In this document: piece after piece, positions 8,187 to 15,662 of the stretch | Layout: each line of letters begins with the position of its first letter | Numbering within the stretch: position 1 is the first letter of the stretch | Virus record (IMG/VR): IMGVR_UViG_3300013131_000002 | Span: 1 to 64,000 of that record | Direction: 5' to 3' (one strand) | Source of the DNA: a virus | Length of the DNA: 64,000 nt | Translations under genes and position numbers: made by a program | The notes under the pieces: generated by a model | Databases searched by the model: none | Told to the model about the DNA's origin: nothing | Seen by the model: only the letters and a program-made list of their open reading frames with translations

Positions 8187-8194
8187 CAAATATA
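8187..8194 (-). promoter_or_regulatory. -7 promoter element TATATTTG heading the leftward block, inside the inverted repeat GTAACAA-N14-TTGTTAC (8183-8210)
   Basis: Consensus match 5 nt before ATG 8181. Confidence 0.65.
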
Positions 8195-8323
8195 CTATGA
8201 AAATTGTTACAAGGTTACAATGTGTTTTTATACCCTAAAGGGACATTATAGTGTGATTATTCAGTCATTAACTTAAAAAACTCCCGATAGGGTATGAATC
8301 CCCATACTTTAATATGAGTTAGA

Positions 8324-8385
8324 TGTGGAAAATAACATCTTTGTCGCAACTATAGTAAATTTTTGAGACAAACTAATGTGGATAA
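8324..8385 (-). promoter_or_regulatory. Two DnaA boxes (TTTTCCACA 8324-8332; TTATCCACA 8377-8385)
   Basis: Both fit TTWTNCACA, same orientation, 53 bp apart, in the non-coding divergence region. Confidence 0.5.
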
Positions 8386-8557
8386 TTGTCCCCATATTAA
8401 GGCTTATCGTTGATAATACTCCCCAACCCCTGCCAAACTCCGAAGTAAAATGTAGCCAAACTCAGAAGTTAGTTGATATGCAAATGCATATAGAATTACC
8501 GATCTGCTTAATACAGTATGCAATTACATATAAGATGGGTAGCGTTTCTAACCTACT

Positions 8558-8602
8558 AAAAATTTTTTTGGGGTAAAATTTTTATGGGGAAATTTTTTGA
8601 GA
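8558..8602. repeat. Three imperfect AAATTTTT-(T/A)n-G-run repeats
   Basis: aaaaatttttttggggt aaaatttttatgggg aaattttttgagag. Confidence 0.6.
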
Positions 8603-8678
8603 GTGATGCCCTACGTATTCAAAGACCCCCACTAAGTTTGGGGATTATGGCTAACCTCTCCGTTTCCCCAAGCATGCC

Positions 8679-8885
8679 ATGCAGATTACATCAGCAAGCA
8701 TTACTCCAACCAAGAAATGGTTGATCATCAATGGTGAGACCACCATCGATGAAACATCGTTCACTCTGAAGACAGAGATGAAGATGTACGATCCACAGCA
8801 TCCACAGTACGATGTACTGGTGGAAGCAGTTACTCGTATGGGCCTCCTCGGCCCAGTTACTAAGCCTTCTAGGAAGGCTAAGTAA
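8679..8885 (+). CDS. First rightward (early) gene, hypothetical
   Basis: 68-aa ORF, visibly more GC-rich, followed by a strong terminator. Confidence 0.7.
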   Translation: MQITSASITPTKKWLIINGETTIDETSFTLKTEMKMYDPQHPQYDVLVEAVTRMGLLGPVTKPSRKAK

Positions 8886-8890
8886 CATCT

Positions 8891-8915
8891 AGGGAACCTT
8901 CGGGTTCCCTTTTTT
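8891..8915 (+). terminator. Rho-independent terminator
   Basis: AGGGAACC-TTCG-GGTTCCCT followed by a T run. Confidence 0.9.
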
Positions 8916-9035
8916 GACTGTAAGGTATTGCTTGGCTAAACTACGAGAGTGGTTGCCAGGCATCTCACATCTGTCTCAAGGCTAATTGATTGTTGCCTAT
9001 AAAACAATCTATCTAACTCTATAACACATTATGTT

Positions 9036-9221
9036 ATGAAGTACTTCATGTTAACCATCCTCATCCTTGCTTTCTTAGATAGTCTTGCACTAGTCTATTT
9101 CACTGTAACAATACTCAAACCTGACTGGTATGTTCTTGCATTCCTCTCATTTGTTTCATTGTTCTGTGCATCTCTTCTTGTGTTTCATATACATGAGTTG
9201 AGAACTGGAAAGCATTTTTAA
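9036..9221 (+). CDS. Small two-TM membrane protein
   Basis: 61 aa, two hydrophobic stretches. Confidence 0.65.
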   Translation: MKYFMLTILILAFLDSLALVYFTVTILKPDWYVLAFLSFVSLFCASLLVFHIHELRTGKHF

Positions 9222-9517
9222 ACATTACAACCAACAGCATTGAGATCTGATTTGTCGATACAAGTCTTTCGATTGATATGTTGTTGGTTTGTATTAATGC
9301 ACCATAACTTACTTCACAAGGGTAAGCAGTTGTAACAAACCTTCTTGATAAACCTGAATAATTACAGGTCAAGGTAATGCTATGCTTGTCATAGATATAC
9401 ACAACGGACTCTATGAGTCTAAACTAGGTTAGGAAGTGATTCCTTATAACCAATGTGTTACAACTGAGTGCAGAGTGGTACAACAAAGTAAATCATAAAC
9501 TAAAATCATAAACGAAC

Positions 9518-9937
9518 ATGAAAGTAGTACTTAACAATGAGTATGGTGGATACGGTTTATCTACTGATATACTAAAGATGTATTTAGAAAGAACTAATAC
9601 ACCTTACGAAACAAGTTTTGTTCAACCTGAATACTACACTAACTATGATGGTATAGTGGTAGATGGTCAACCTTTTTATGATGACTGTATCCAAAGACAC
9701 GATCCTGTCTTGATACAAATTCTAGAAGGATTACAAGTATTGTGTAGATATAAACATCTAAAGATTGTAGAAATCCCTGACTTTGCTTCGTATTCTATTG
9801 GTGAGTATGACGGTATAGAGTGGATTGAGAATACTTGGATCGAAGTAACTATTGATGAACTACGTTCTGGTCTTTCACAGGAAAGATTAGAACAAGTTAG
9901 TCAAGTAGACTTTATTAGGACAATAGAAAGGACGTGA
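9518..9937 (+). CDS. Conserved phage hypothetical protein
   Basis: MKVVLNNEYGGYGLS...RHDPVLIQ...IVEIPD...EYDGIEWI motif set; A-rich leader. Confidence 0.8.
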   Translation: MKVVLNNEYGGYGLSTDILKMYLERTNTPYETSFVQPEYYTNYDGIVVDGQPFYDDCIQRHDPVLIQILEGLQVLCRYKHLKIVEIPDFASYSIGEYDGIEWIENTWIEVTIDELRSGLSQERLEQVSQVDFIRTIERT

Positions 9938-10023
9938 TATTCGTCGTATTCCTAGGCATGAAGACAAACTGCCTTATATTTTGTAATCAATCAACATAAT
10001 TCATAAACTAAAAATCAAAAACC

Positions 10024-10479
10024 GTGAAAGCACAAAAAGAAAATCAAACAGTTAGTATTAAGGTTAGTACTGACTCAATTGCACAACACTTACATAATGT
10101 AGTTTCTGAGCATCCTAATGCAGATGCGTTAGTAGACACTATCATTGGCGTAGGATTAACAACAGGTAAACTTGGACACATGTTCATGGGTGCGTTAGGT
10201 GTTGTTCCTATTCAACAGTTTGGTATTGGGGAAGAAGTTATATGCACAGATAGTGTGTATGATTACCTCAACACCGAAGGGTCAGACCGTCCAGATTATA
10301 GAGAGATAGGTGCGTGTCGTATAAAGTCTTACAGACCGTACGATGATAGCCAATATGCTGTAGAGTATTATCGTATCAATAAAGATGGTGCTAGAGTTAC
10401 TGACGTAGCATATGTTTGTTCAGATACATTATCTGCTATGCCGTTACTACCTCCAACTGAAATACATAATGTACTATGA
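10024..10479 (+). CDS. Hypothetical early protein
   Basis: 151 aa, GTG start after an A-rich leader. Confidence 0.75.
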   Translation: MKAQKENQTVSIKVSTDSIAQHLHNVVSEHPNADALVDTIIGVGLTTGKLGHMFMGALGVVPIQQFGIGEEVICTDSVYDYLNTEGSDRPDYREIGACRIKSYRPYDDSQYAVEYYRINKDGARVTDVAYVCSDTLSAMPLLPPTEIHNVL

Positions 10480-10697
10480 GAAAGCAATTTAAACAAGTGT
10501 TCCGTGGACTAATGGAATTAGTTGCGGTATTCATTGCAGTGTTTATTACACCAGCTGTAATTGCAGCAGTTGTTAATCTTAACACTGATGTATACTTCTC
10601 ATGTGTACAACATTCTGCTTACGATGCAGTAATGTCTGTTATTGGTATTTGCTTTTGTTTCGTTTACATGGGAATGTATCAAGATGAAAAAGCTTAA
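10476..10697 (+). CDS. Two-TM membrane protein
   Basis: ATGA overlap; hydrophobic helices. Confidence 0.7.
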   Translation: MRKQFKQVFRGLMELVAVFIAVFITPAVIAAVVNLNTDVYFSCVQHSAYDAVMSVIGICFCFVYMGMYQDEKA

Positions 10698-10869
10698 GTA
10701 CCATCTACAACTTCATTGGTATTGGGAGGAACGAGTATTCGTATTCGTTCCAACCATTGCCTTTGGGGAATGCCTACCAGATTACGATGATTCGTATTGG
10801 TTTGCTTTTATGTTTGGACCTATGAGATTAGGTATCAAACGAGTTGCTAATAATATAGCACAAGACTAA
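10684..10869 (+). CDS. Hypothetical aromatic-rich protein
   Basis: MKKLKYHLQLHWYW...; ATG 10684 preferred. Confidence 0.6.
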   Translation: MKKLKYHLQLHWYWEERVFVFVPTIAFGECLPDYDDSYWFAFMFGPMRLGIKRVANNIAQD

Positions 10870-10898
10870 GGATTTACATAAAAATCATATAAAAACAA

Positions 10899-11498
10899 AT
10901 GTTTAACACAGTTAACACTGGCTCATTGCAGGGATTGCAAGTGGGTCAAACCTTGTTACTCCATTCTAGGAAAGTGAATGGTGGAAAAATTCAATTGGAA
11001 TTTGCTGAAGTCCTAAACAGCGGCTCAAACACAGTAAATCCTCTTGCTTTATTCAATGGCTCTGATGAGAGATTCACTCAGGGTGGTGCACGTCGTGCAT
11101 GGTTAACAGCCGAACCAAAAGATGCTAGTAAGTATCTTGGTATCGACTTGTCTTCTACTAATCCTGGTTGGACTATCGATGAGATGGGAAGAGAAATCTT
11201 ACCATTGAACATCCTTAATCCTAAGGCTAAGGTTGGAGACGAAGAAATTGCTTTGAAAGTTGAAGTTGTAGAAACAACTGAACCAACTGATTGGCAACGT
11301 TCTAACATTAGCACTGCTGCTAAGCGTCGTGGTAAAGATGGAGATTACATTACTCACAAGGGTATGTATATCTTTGCTAACACACGTGTAGCATTCCGTA
11401 CTGCTAATCACGTATTTCTAGAGCCAGATGCTAAGGTATCTGTATCTGGAGGTATTCCTGCTGGAGTTGATTTTCAGACAGGTGAGATTTTCAACTAA
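10899..11498 (+). CDS. Conserved crAss-like protein, possibly ssDNA-binding
   Basis: Beta-rich; AKRRGKDGDYI; C-terminal VDFQTGEIFN tail like SSB/SSAP tails. Confidence 0.5.
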   Translation: MFNTVNTGSLQGLQVGQTLLLHSRKVNGGKIQLEFAEVLNSGSNTVNPLALFNGSDERFTQGGARRAWLTAEPKDASKYLGIDLSSTNPGWTIDEMGREILPLNILNPKAKVGDEEIALKVEVVETTEPTDWQRSNISTAAKRRGKDGDYITHKGMYIFANTRVAFRTANHVFLEPDAKVSVSGGIPAGVDFQTGEIFN

Positions 11499-11513
11499 TA
11501 GTTGAAGGTTAAT

Positions 11514-11700
11514 ATTACACCATACTTGACCACGTAGAGTCTTAACTTACTCGTGATGCTAACTACACAGTTTAGTAGAGTAAGAGTATGTGTGTAATTA
11601 CTTCTGTGCAGAGCAAACCAAGGGTTGTAACCTTGCAGAAGTACAACAGTATGTAATCTGTTTGCTTAAGAGGTTAAGTATAATTAAACCTAGGGGTTTA
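11514..11700 (+). ncRNA. Candidate structured RNA / 3' UTR with pseudoknot
   Basis: ATTACAC-CATACT/AGTATG-T-GTGTAAT; TACTTCTG/CAGAAGTA; CAAGG/CCTTG; bulge AGCAAAC complementary to downstream GTTTGCT. Confidence 0.5.
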
Positions 11701-11701
11701 G

Positions 11702-11759
11702 AAAAGGGTCTGAGAGTAACTAATGCTGAAAAGAATTAGTATCTCAGCCCTTTTTTTTT
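11702..11759 (+). terminator. Long-stem terminator
   Basis: AAAAGGG..CTGAGA..ACTAAT / ATTAGT..TCTCAG.CCC-T9. Confidence 0.8.
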
Positions 11760-11790
11760 ATTTTGTAATCAATCTAAAACTATAATAAAA

Positions 11791-11940
11791 ATGGAAGAAC
11801 CAATTCACAGCGATGTGCTATCAGCAGTTATAAAGCACATAATATCTAATGCTGGTATAACTGATAAGTTAATTATTGATACTTTTGCTTTAGGCTTTAT
11901 AGCAGGAGTTAGATTTGTAGAAAATTCTCAAGCACAATAA
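11791..11940 (+). CDS. 49-aa hypothetical protein (not in ORF track)
   Basis: MEEPIHSDVLSAVIKHIISNAGITDKLIIDTFALGFIAGVRFVENSQAQ; A-rich leader. Confidence 0.6.
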   Translation: MEEPIHSDVLSAVIKHIISNAGITDKLIIDTFALGFIAGVRFVENSQAQ

Positions 11941-11972
11941 TCACGAAACATATTCACAAAAACAAATACGTC

Positions 11973-12134
11973 ATGAAAAATTCAACTCTTTATGCTCTAA
12001 TTACCTTTGCACTAATATGTGTAATGGCTTGCATGACTTCTTGCACAACCTCAAAAGGTTATGATTACAAGTCTCATGCAAAACGTAGTAATACTGGACC
12101 AAGTAAATGCTTTAAGAAGCATAATAATTGGTAA
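11973..12134 (+). CDS. 53-aa predicted lipoprotein (not in ORF track)
   Basis: MKNSTLYALITFALICVMACMTSC-TTSKGYDYKSHAKR...; lipobox-like MTSC. Confidence 0.65.
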   Translation: MKNSTLYALITFALICVMACMTSCTTSKGYDYKSHAKRSNTGPSKCFKKHNNW

Positions 12135-12140
12135 GAAAAT

Positions 12141-12257
12141 AATCACGGTACCAGCTCGTGCCCATGGGTAGCTCCCAACACCTTGGATGAACGACATTAG
12201 ATTGAGTGTACATTTACTTCTAATCGTCCTAAACTCCAGTAAACTGGTATCGTGATT
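12141..12257 (+). ncRNA. Candidate structured RNA closed by a 14-bp stem, upstream of the polA operon
   Basis: AATCACGGTACCAG / CTGGTATCGTGATT with one G-U pair, enclosing internal hairpins. Confidence 0.5.
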
Positions 12258-12278
12258 TATGTTTAAAATTAATCACTT

Positions 12279-12485
12279 ATGGGTTATATGAAGTGGGTAA
12301 AAGGCCTGATGGACACGGGTCGACACACTGTTCTTCGTCAAAAGTATGATGAAGCAGTTAAGTGTAAATTTCAACGTGTAGAGTTTGATAATTCTAACAT
12401 GGATATTAAGTTTGTAGAAGCTGTTCTTGATTTCATTGACAAGAATGACGATGCACACCAATCCACTAAGAATGAAATACTCTGA
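12279..12485 (+). CDS. Hypothetical protein
   Basis: 68 aa, overlaps the polA start. Confidence 0.7.
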   Translation: MGYMKWVKGLMDTGRHTVLRQKYDEAVKCKFQRVEFDNSNMDIKFVEAVLDFIDKNDDAHQSTKNEIL

Positions 12486-14388
12486 CACTATCTATGTAGT
12501 CGGTGGCAAAGACAATCTCTTTGACTACCCATTAAAATCATGTACAATGCAAGAATGTGTTGACTATCTTAAATCAATTGATTTGATTGGGGTAGACACA
12601 GAGACCGAAGGTTTCGACTTCACAGGAAAGAAATTGCTCATGATTCAAATGGGGGATAAAGAGAAACAATTTGTTGTTGACTACAGAGTAACTAGTAAGG
12701 AAGACATAGCAATGTTGAAGGATGTTTTAGAAGATGACTCTAAGATAAAGATTCTTCACAATGCTAAGTTCGATTACAAGTTCCTCAAATTCTATTGTAA
12801 TATCAGCTTGACTAATGTGTACGACACATTCTTAGTTGAGAAGATATTACACTGTGGTAAGAATGATTACGGCTTTGCTCTTGGCAAGCTTACACAAAGG
12901 TACTTAGGGGTAACATTGAATAAAGAGGTTCGAAATAGATTCGTTAACCAAGAGTCAAACCCTTTTACAGTTGACCAGATTGTGTATGGTGCTAAAGACG
13001 TAGAGTACTTAATTGATATCTACCACAAACAACAGCCAGACATCGATGCTAAAAGATTACGTAATGTAGTCAAGCTTGAGAACTTGGCTGTAATAGTTTT
13101 CTCTGAGATAGAGTACGAAGGATTAATCCTTGATACAGAAGCTTGGAAGAAACTTGCTGTTAGAAACAAAGCATTGTCTACTGAACTTGAGAAAGATTTA
13201 GATATGACTTTGCTTGCTGATGAAAGATTCAGCCGATATAAAGCACAGAAGCAGATGGATATGTTTACACCTGTAGAAGAATTAAAAGATTCTACAGTTA
13301 AATGGTCATCTCCTTCTCAAGTGTTAAAGATATTCAGAACCTTAGTCCCTGAACTTGAGAATGCTAATGGTAAGAAGCTTGCACCTTATAGGTTTAAGCA
13401 TGTTCTTATCGACGAGTATATCAAGTATAAGGAGAAGGATAAGTTATCTTCTGCATTTGGGGAGAACTTCTACACATTCCTTAGTGCTGATAAGAAAGTC
13501 AGAACGAATTTCACACAAATCCTGGATACAGGTCGTGTTAGTAGTTCTGAGCCAAACATGCAACAAATCCCTGCTACTAACGAGTACAGAAATTGTTTCG
13601 TGGCCCCTGAAGGTTATGTATTTGTATCGTCAGATTATTCATCACAAGAACTAAATGTAATTGCATATGGATCTCAAGACCCTGTGTTCCTCAAAGCTCT
13701 AGAAAATAATGAAGACTTGCACTCAGTATGTGCAGAGTTAGTATTTGGAGATGTATGGAATAACGCTGCTGAACCAGACTGTGATTACGTATTGAGAAAA
13801 GAGAAATGTAATTGCAAAGCTCACAAGAAATTAAGAACTCAAGTTAAGACAATTAACTTTGGATTAGCCTATGGTATGGGCCCTAAGAAATTATCTGAGA
13901 CAATCAACTGCGACGTAAAAGAAGCAAAAGAGTTGATTACTAAGTATTTCAAAGCCTTCCCTAAGATTGAGAGTTTCTTAAGTAGTCTTGGAGAGTTTGG
14001 GAAGAGACATGGTTACATTGAGACCTTCCCTCCGTTTAAACGTAAGAGGTGGTTTAGTGGCTGGACTGCAAAGATGTACAATGATAGAGATAGCTTTATG
14101 GAATTGGGATCTATTGAAAGAGCCAGTAAGAACACACCGATACAAGGTAGCTCTGCTGATATGACTAAGCTTGCATTAGTTTACATTCACAAACACATCA
14201 AAGAGAATAATCTTCCTGTTAAGATAGTAATGACGGTCCATGACCAAATAGATACTATTTGCCCAAAGGATTATGCTGATGAGTGGAGTGTAGCAATGAC
14301 TGAGCTTATGGAGAAAGCAGCTAATGTAGTTATCAAGAACGGATTGCTAAAAGCAGAAACATCAATCACTAACGTATGGAGTAAATAA
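12472..14388 (+). CDS. polA: DNA polymerase family A with 3'-5' exonuclease
   Basis: ExoI GVDTETEG, ExoII HNAKFD, ExoIII YGAKDV, TGRVSSSEPNMQQIP, motif A DYSSQEL, motif B RTQVKTINFGLAYG, motif C VHDQI; ATG 12472 preferred over TTG 12427. Confidence 0.97.
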   Translation: MKYSDTIYVVGGKDNLFDYPLKSCTMQECVDYLKSIDLIGVDTETEGFDFTGKKLLMIQMGDKEKQFVVDYRVTSKEDIAMLKDVLEDDSKIKILHNAKFDYKFLKFYCNISLTNVYDTFLVEKILHCGKNDYGFALGKLTQRYLGVTLNKEVRNRFVNQESNPFTVDQIVYGAKDVEYLIDIYHKQQPDIDAKRLRNVVKLENLAVIVFSEIEYEGLILDTEAWKKLAVRNKALSTELEKDLDMTLLADERFSRYKAQKQMDMFTPVEELKDSTVKWSSPSQVLKIFRTLVPELENANGKKLAPYRFKHVLIDEYIKYKEKDKLSSAFGENFYTFLSADKKVRTNFTQILDTGRVSSSEPNMQQIPATNEYRNCFVAPEGYVFVSSDYSSQELNVIAYGSQDPVFLKALENNEDLHSVCAELVFGDVWNNAAEPDCDYVLRKEKCNCKAHKKLRTQVKTINFGLAYGMGPKKLSETINCDVKEAKELITKYFKAFPKIESFLSSLGEFGKRHGYIETFPPFKRKRWFSGWTAKMYNDRDSFMELGSIERASKNTPIQGSSADMTKLALVYIHKHIKENNLPVKIVMTVHDQIDTICPKDYADEWSVAMTELMEKAANVVIKNGLLKAETSITNVWSK

Positions 14389-14744
14389 TGGCTAAAAACG
14401 AAGACGAAATTAAAATACTAACATTACTAATGTGGTTACAAGCTGCTGTATATGCTGCAGATGAATGTCAAGAGATACCTTGGTTCAATACCAAGAGAAC
14501 TAAACAGTTTCTCAAAACCACTGTTGACGTCATTCTGAAAGAGCATGGTGAAATCATTAAAGTTTTATGGAGTACAGATGGTGTGCAAATGCCTGAGATT
14601 ACTAGAGCTATAGAAGAATTCACCAGACTCTTATCTACTACTGAGTATTTCAATCTGCCTGAAGTATCTGCTTTACTTAGAGCTTATCAGGCAGGAGAAT
14701 TTGAAGAAACATTTAATCTTACAAGAGATGGACAAAAATCTTAA
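14388..14744 (+). CDS. Hypothetical protein
   Basis: 118 aa, TAATG coupling to polA. Confidence 0.75.
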   Translation: MAKNEDEIKILTLLMWLQAAVYAADECQEIPWFNTKRTKQFLKTTVDVILKEHGEIIKVLWSTDGVQMPEITRAIEEFTRLLSTTEYFNLPEVSALLRAYQAGEFEETFNLTRDGQKS

Positions 14745-14964
14745 AAGAAGAAATCTGTCTGGTATTTACATCTTTGAAACATTTGAAGGTGAGGAGAAAC
14801 ATCAACCTACATGCTTTGAGGATTGTACAGAAGCAACTCAAGACAAATGGTTAGATTCATTAGAATCAGAAGCATTAAAGAATCTTGCTAAACATTTAGC
14901 CAAGACTCTGATTCAAGTTGCTGACTTTGCTAGAGTAGTGAATGGAGGTGAAGATGAACAGTAA
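14728..14964 (+). CDS. Conserved phage hypothetical protein
   Basis: RRNLSGIY...CFEDCTE..QDKWL motif. Confidence 0.7.
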   Translation: MDKNLKRRNLSGIYIFETFEGEEKHQPTCFEDCTEATQDKWLDSLESEALKNLAKHLAKTLIQVADFARVVNGGEDEQ

Positions 14965-15196
14965 TTTACCAGCGGGAGCTGAGAATCATCCAAATAATCC
15001 TTGGGATTGCTCTGATACCTATTGTCCTGAGTGTGAATCAGAAGGTATTGCTAATCTAGTTGACGAGTATTTAAAAGCTCATCCTGATTGTGAAGATTGG
15101 GACGAAGCTTATGAGAAAATTGACGAGTTAGGGTGTATAAGTCTTTGCAGAGATTGTCATTATAGTGATCTACAATGGGAGGATCACGATGATTAA
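14954..15196 (+). CDS. Small acidic Zn-binding-like protein
   Basis: SNLPAGAENHPNNPW, CPEC...CRDC. Confidence 0.7.
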   Translation: MNSNLPAGAENHPNNPWDCSDTYCPECESEGIANLVDEYLKAHPDCEDWDEAYEKIDELGCISLCRDCHYSDLQWEDHDD

Positions 15197-15485
15197 TCCA
15201 GAGAGAGCAACACAAATGGTAAAGCATCTTATAGATAAGATGTTTGAATATGCTAACCTTGATGTTAAGTATGAAGATGTACTAGGTCGTAAAGACGATT
15301 GGTATATTCAGTATACAATGACACAAGAACAGCATGATGCATGGAGAGAATACTCTGTGAAATACATTAAGAAGGAAAGTAAGAAACCAATGAAATGGGC
15401 AGAGTTAGAATTTGCCTGGTTTGACCTTTCCTACGGGCTTAAAGTGGAGCAGCCTGAGCCTCCCGAATTAGATAACATAAATTAA
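15189..15485 (+). CDS. Hypothetical protein
   Basis: WYIQYTMTQEQHDAW...WFDLSYGLK. Confidence 0.7.
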   Translation: MINPERATQMVKHLIDKMFEYANLDVKYEDVLGRKDDWYIQYTMTQEQHDAWREYSVKYIKKESKKPMKWAELEFAWFDLSYGLKVEQPEPPELDNIN

Positions 15486-15486
15486 A

Positions 15487-15657
15487 ATGAAGAAGTTATT
15501 CTTTCTTGCACTTGTACTTGCTTCATGTAAGCAGGCACCAGTAAACATTACAGTTCATTGTCCAGAATCAAAAGACACAACGAAACTGTTTGACTTAGAA
15601 ACTGTAGGGACTACAACAGATCCAACAGAAGAAGAACTTAATCAATTAAACAATTAA
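15487..15657 (+). CDS. 56-aa predicted lipoprotein (not in ORF track)
   Basis: MKKLFFLALVLASC-KQAPVNITVHCPE...; canonical LASC lipobox. Confidence 0.75.
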   Translation: MKKLFFLALVLASCKQAPVNITVHCPESKDTTKLFDLETVGTTTDPTEEELNQLNN

Positions 15658-15662
15658 TCAAG

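Noticed and set aside
8376-8576. 66-aa ORF in the divergence region
   Set aside because: No leader or motif support; overlaps the DnaA box and A-tract elements
9400-9480. Resemblance to twister, hatchet or hammerhead ribozymes (GTTACAA, GTGCAGAG, CTGAG)
   Set aside because: Required cores (twister P4/pseudoknots, hammerhead CUGANGA..GAAA) cannot be completed; kept only as an unclassified structured RNA
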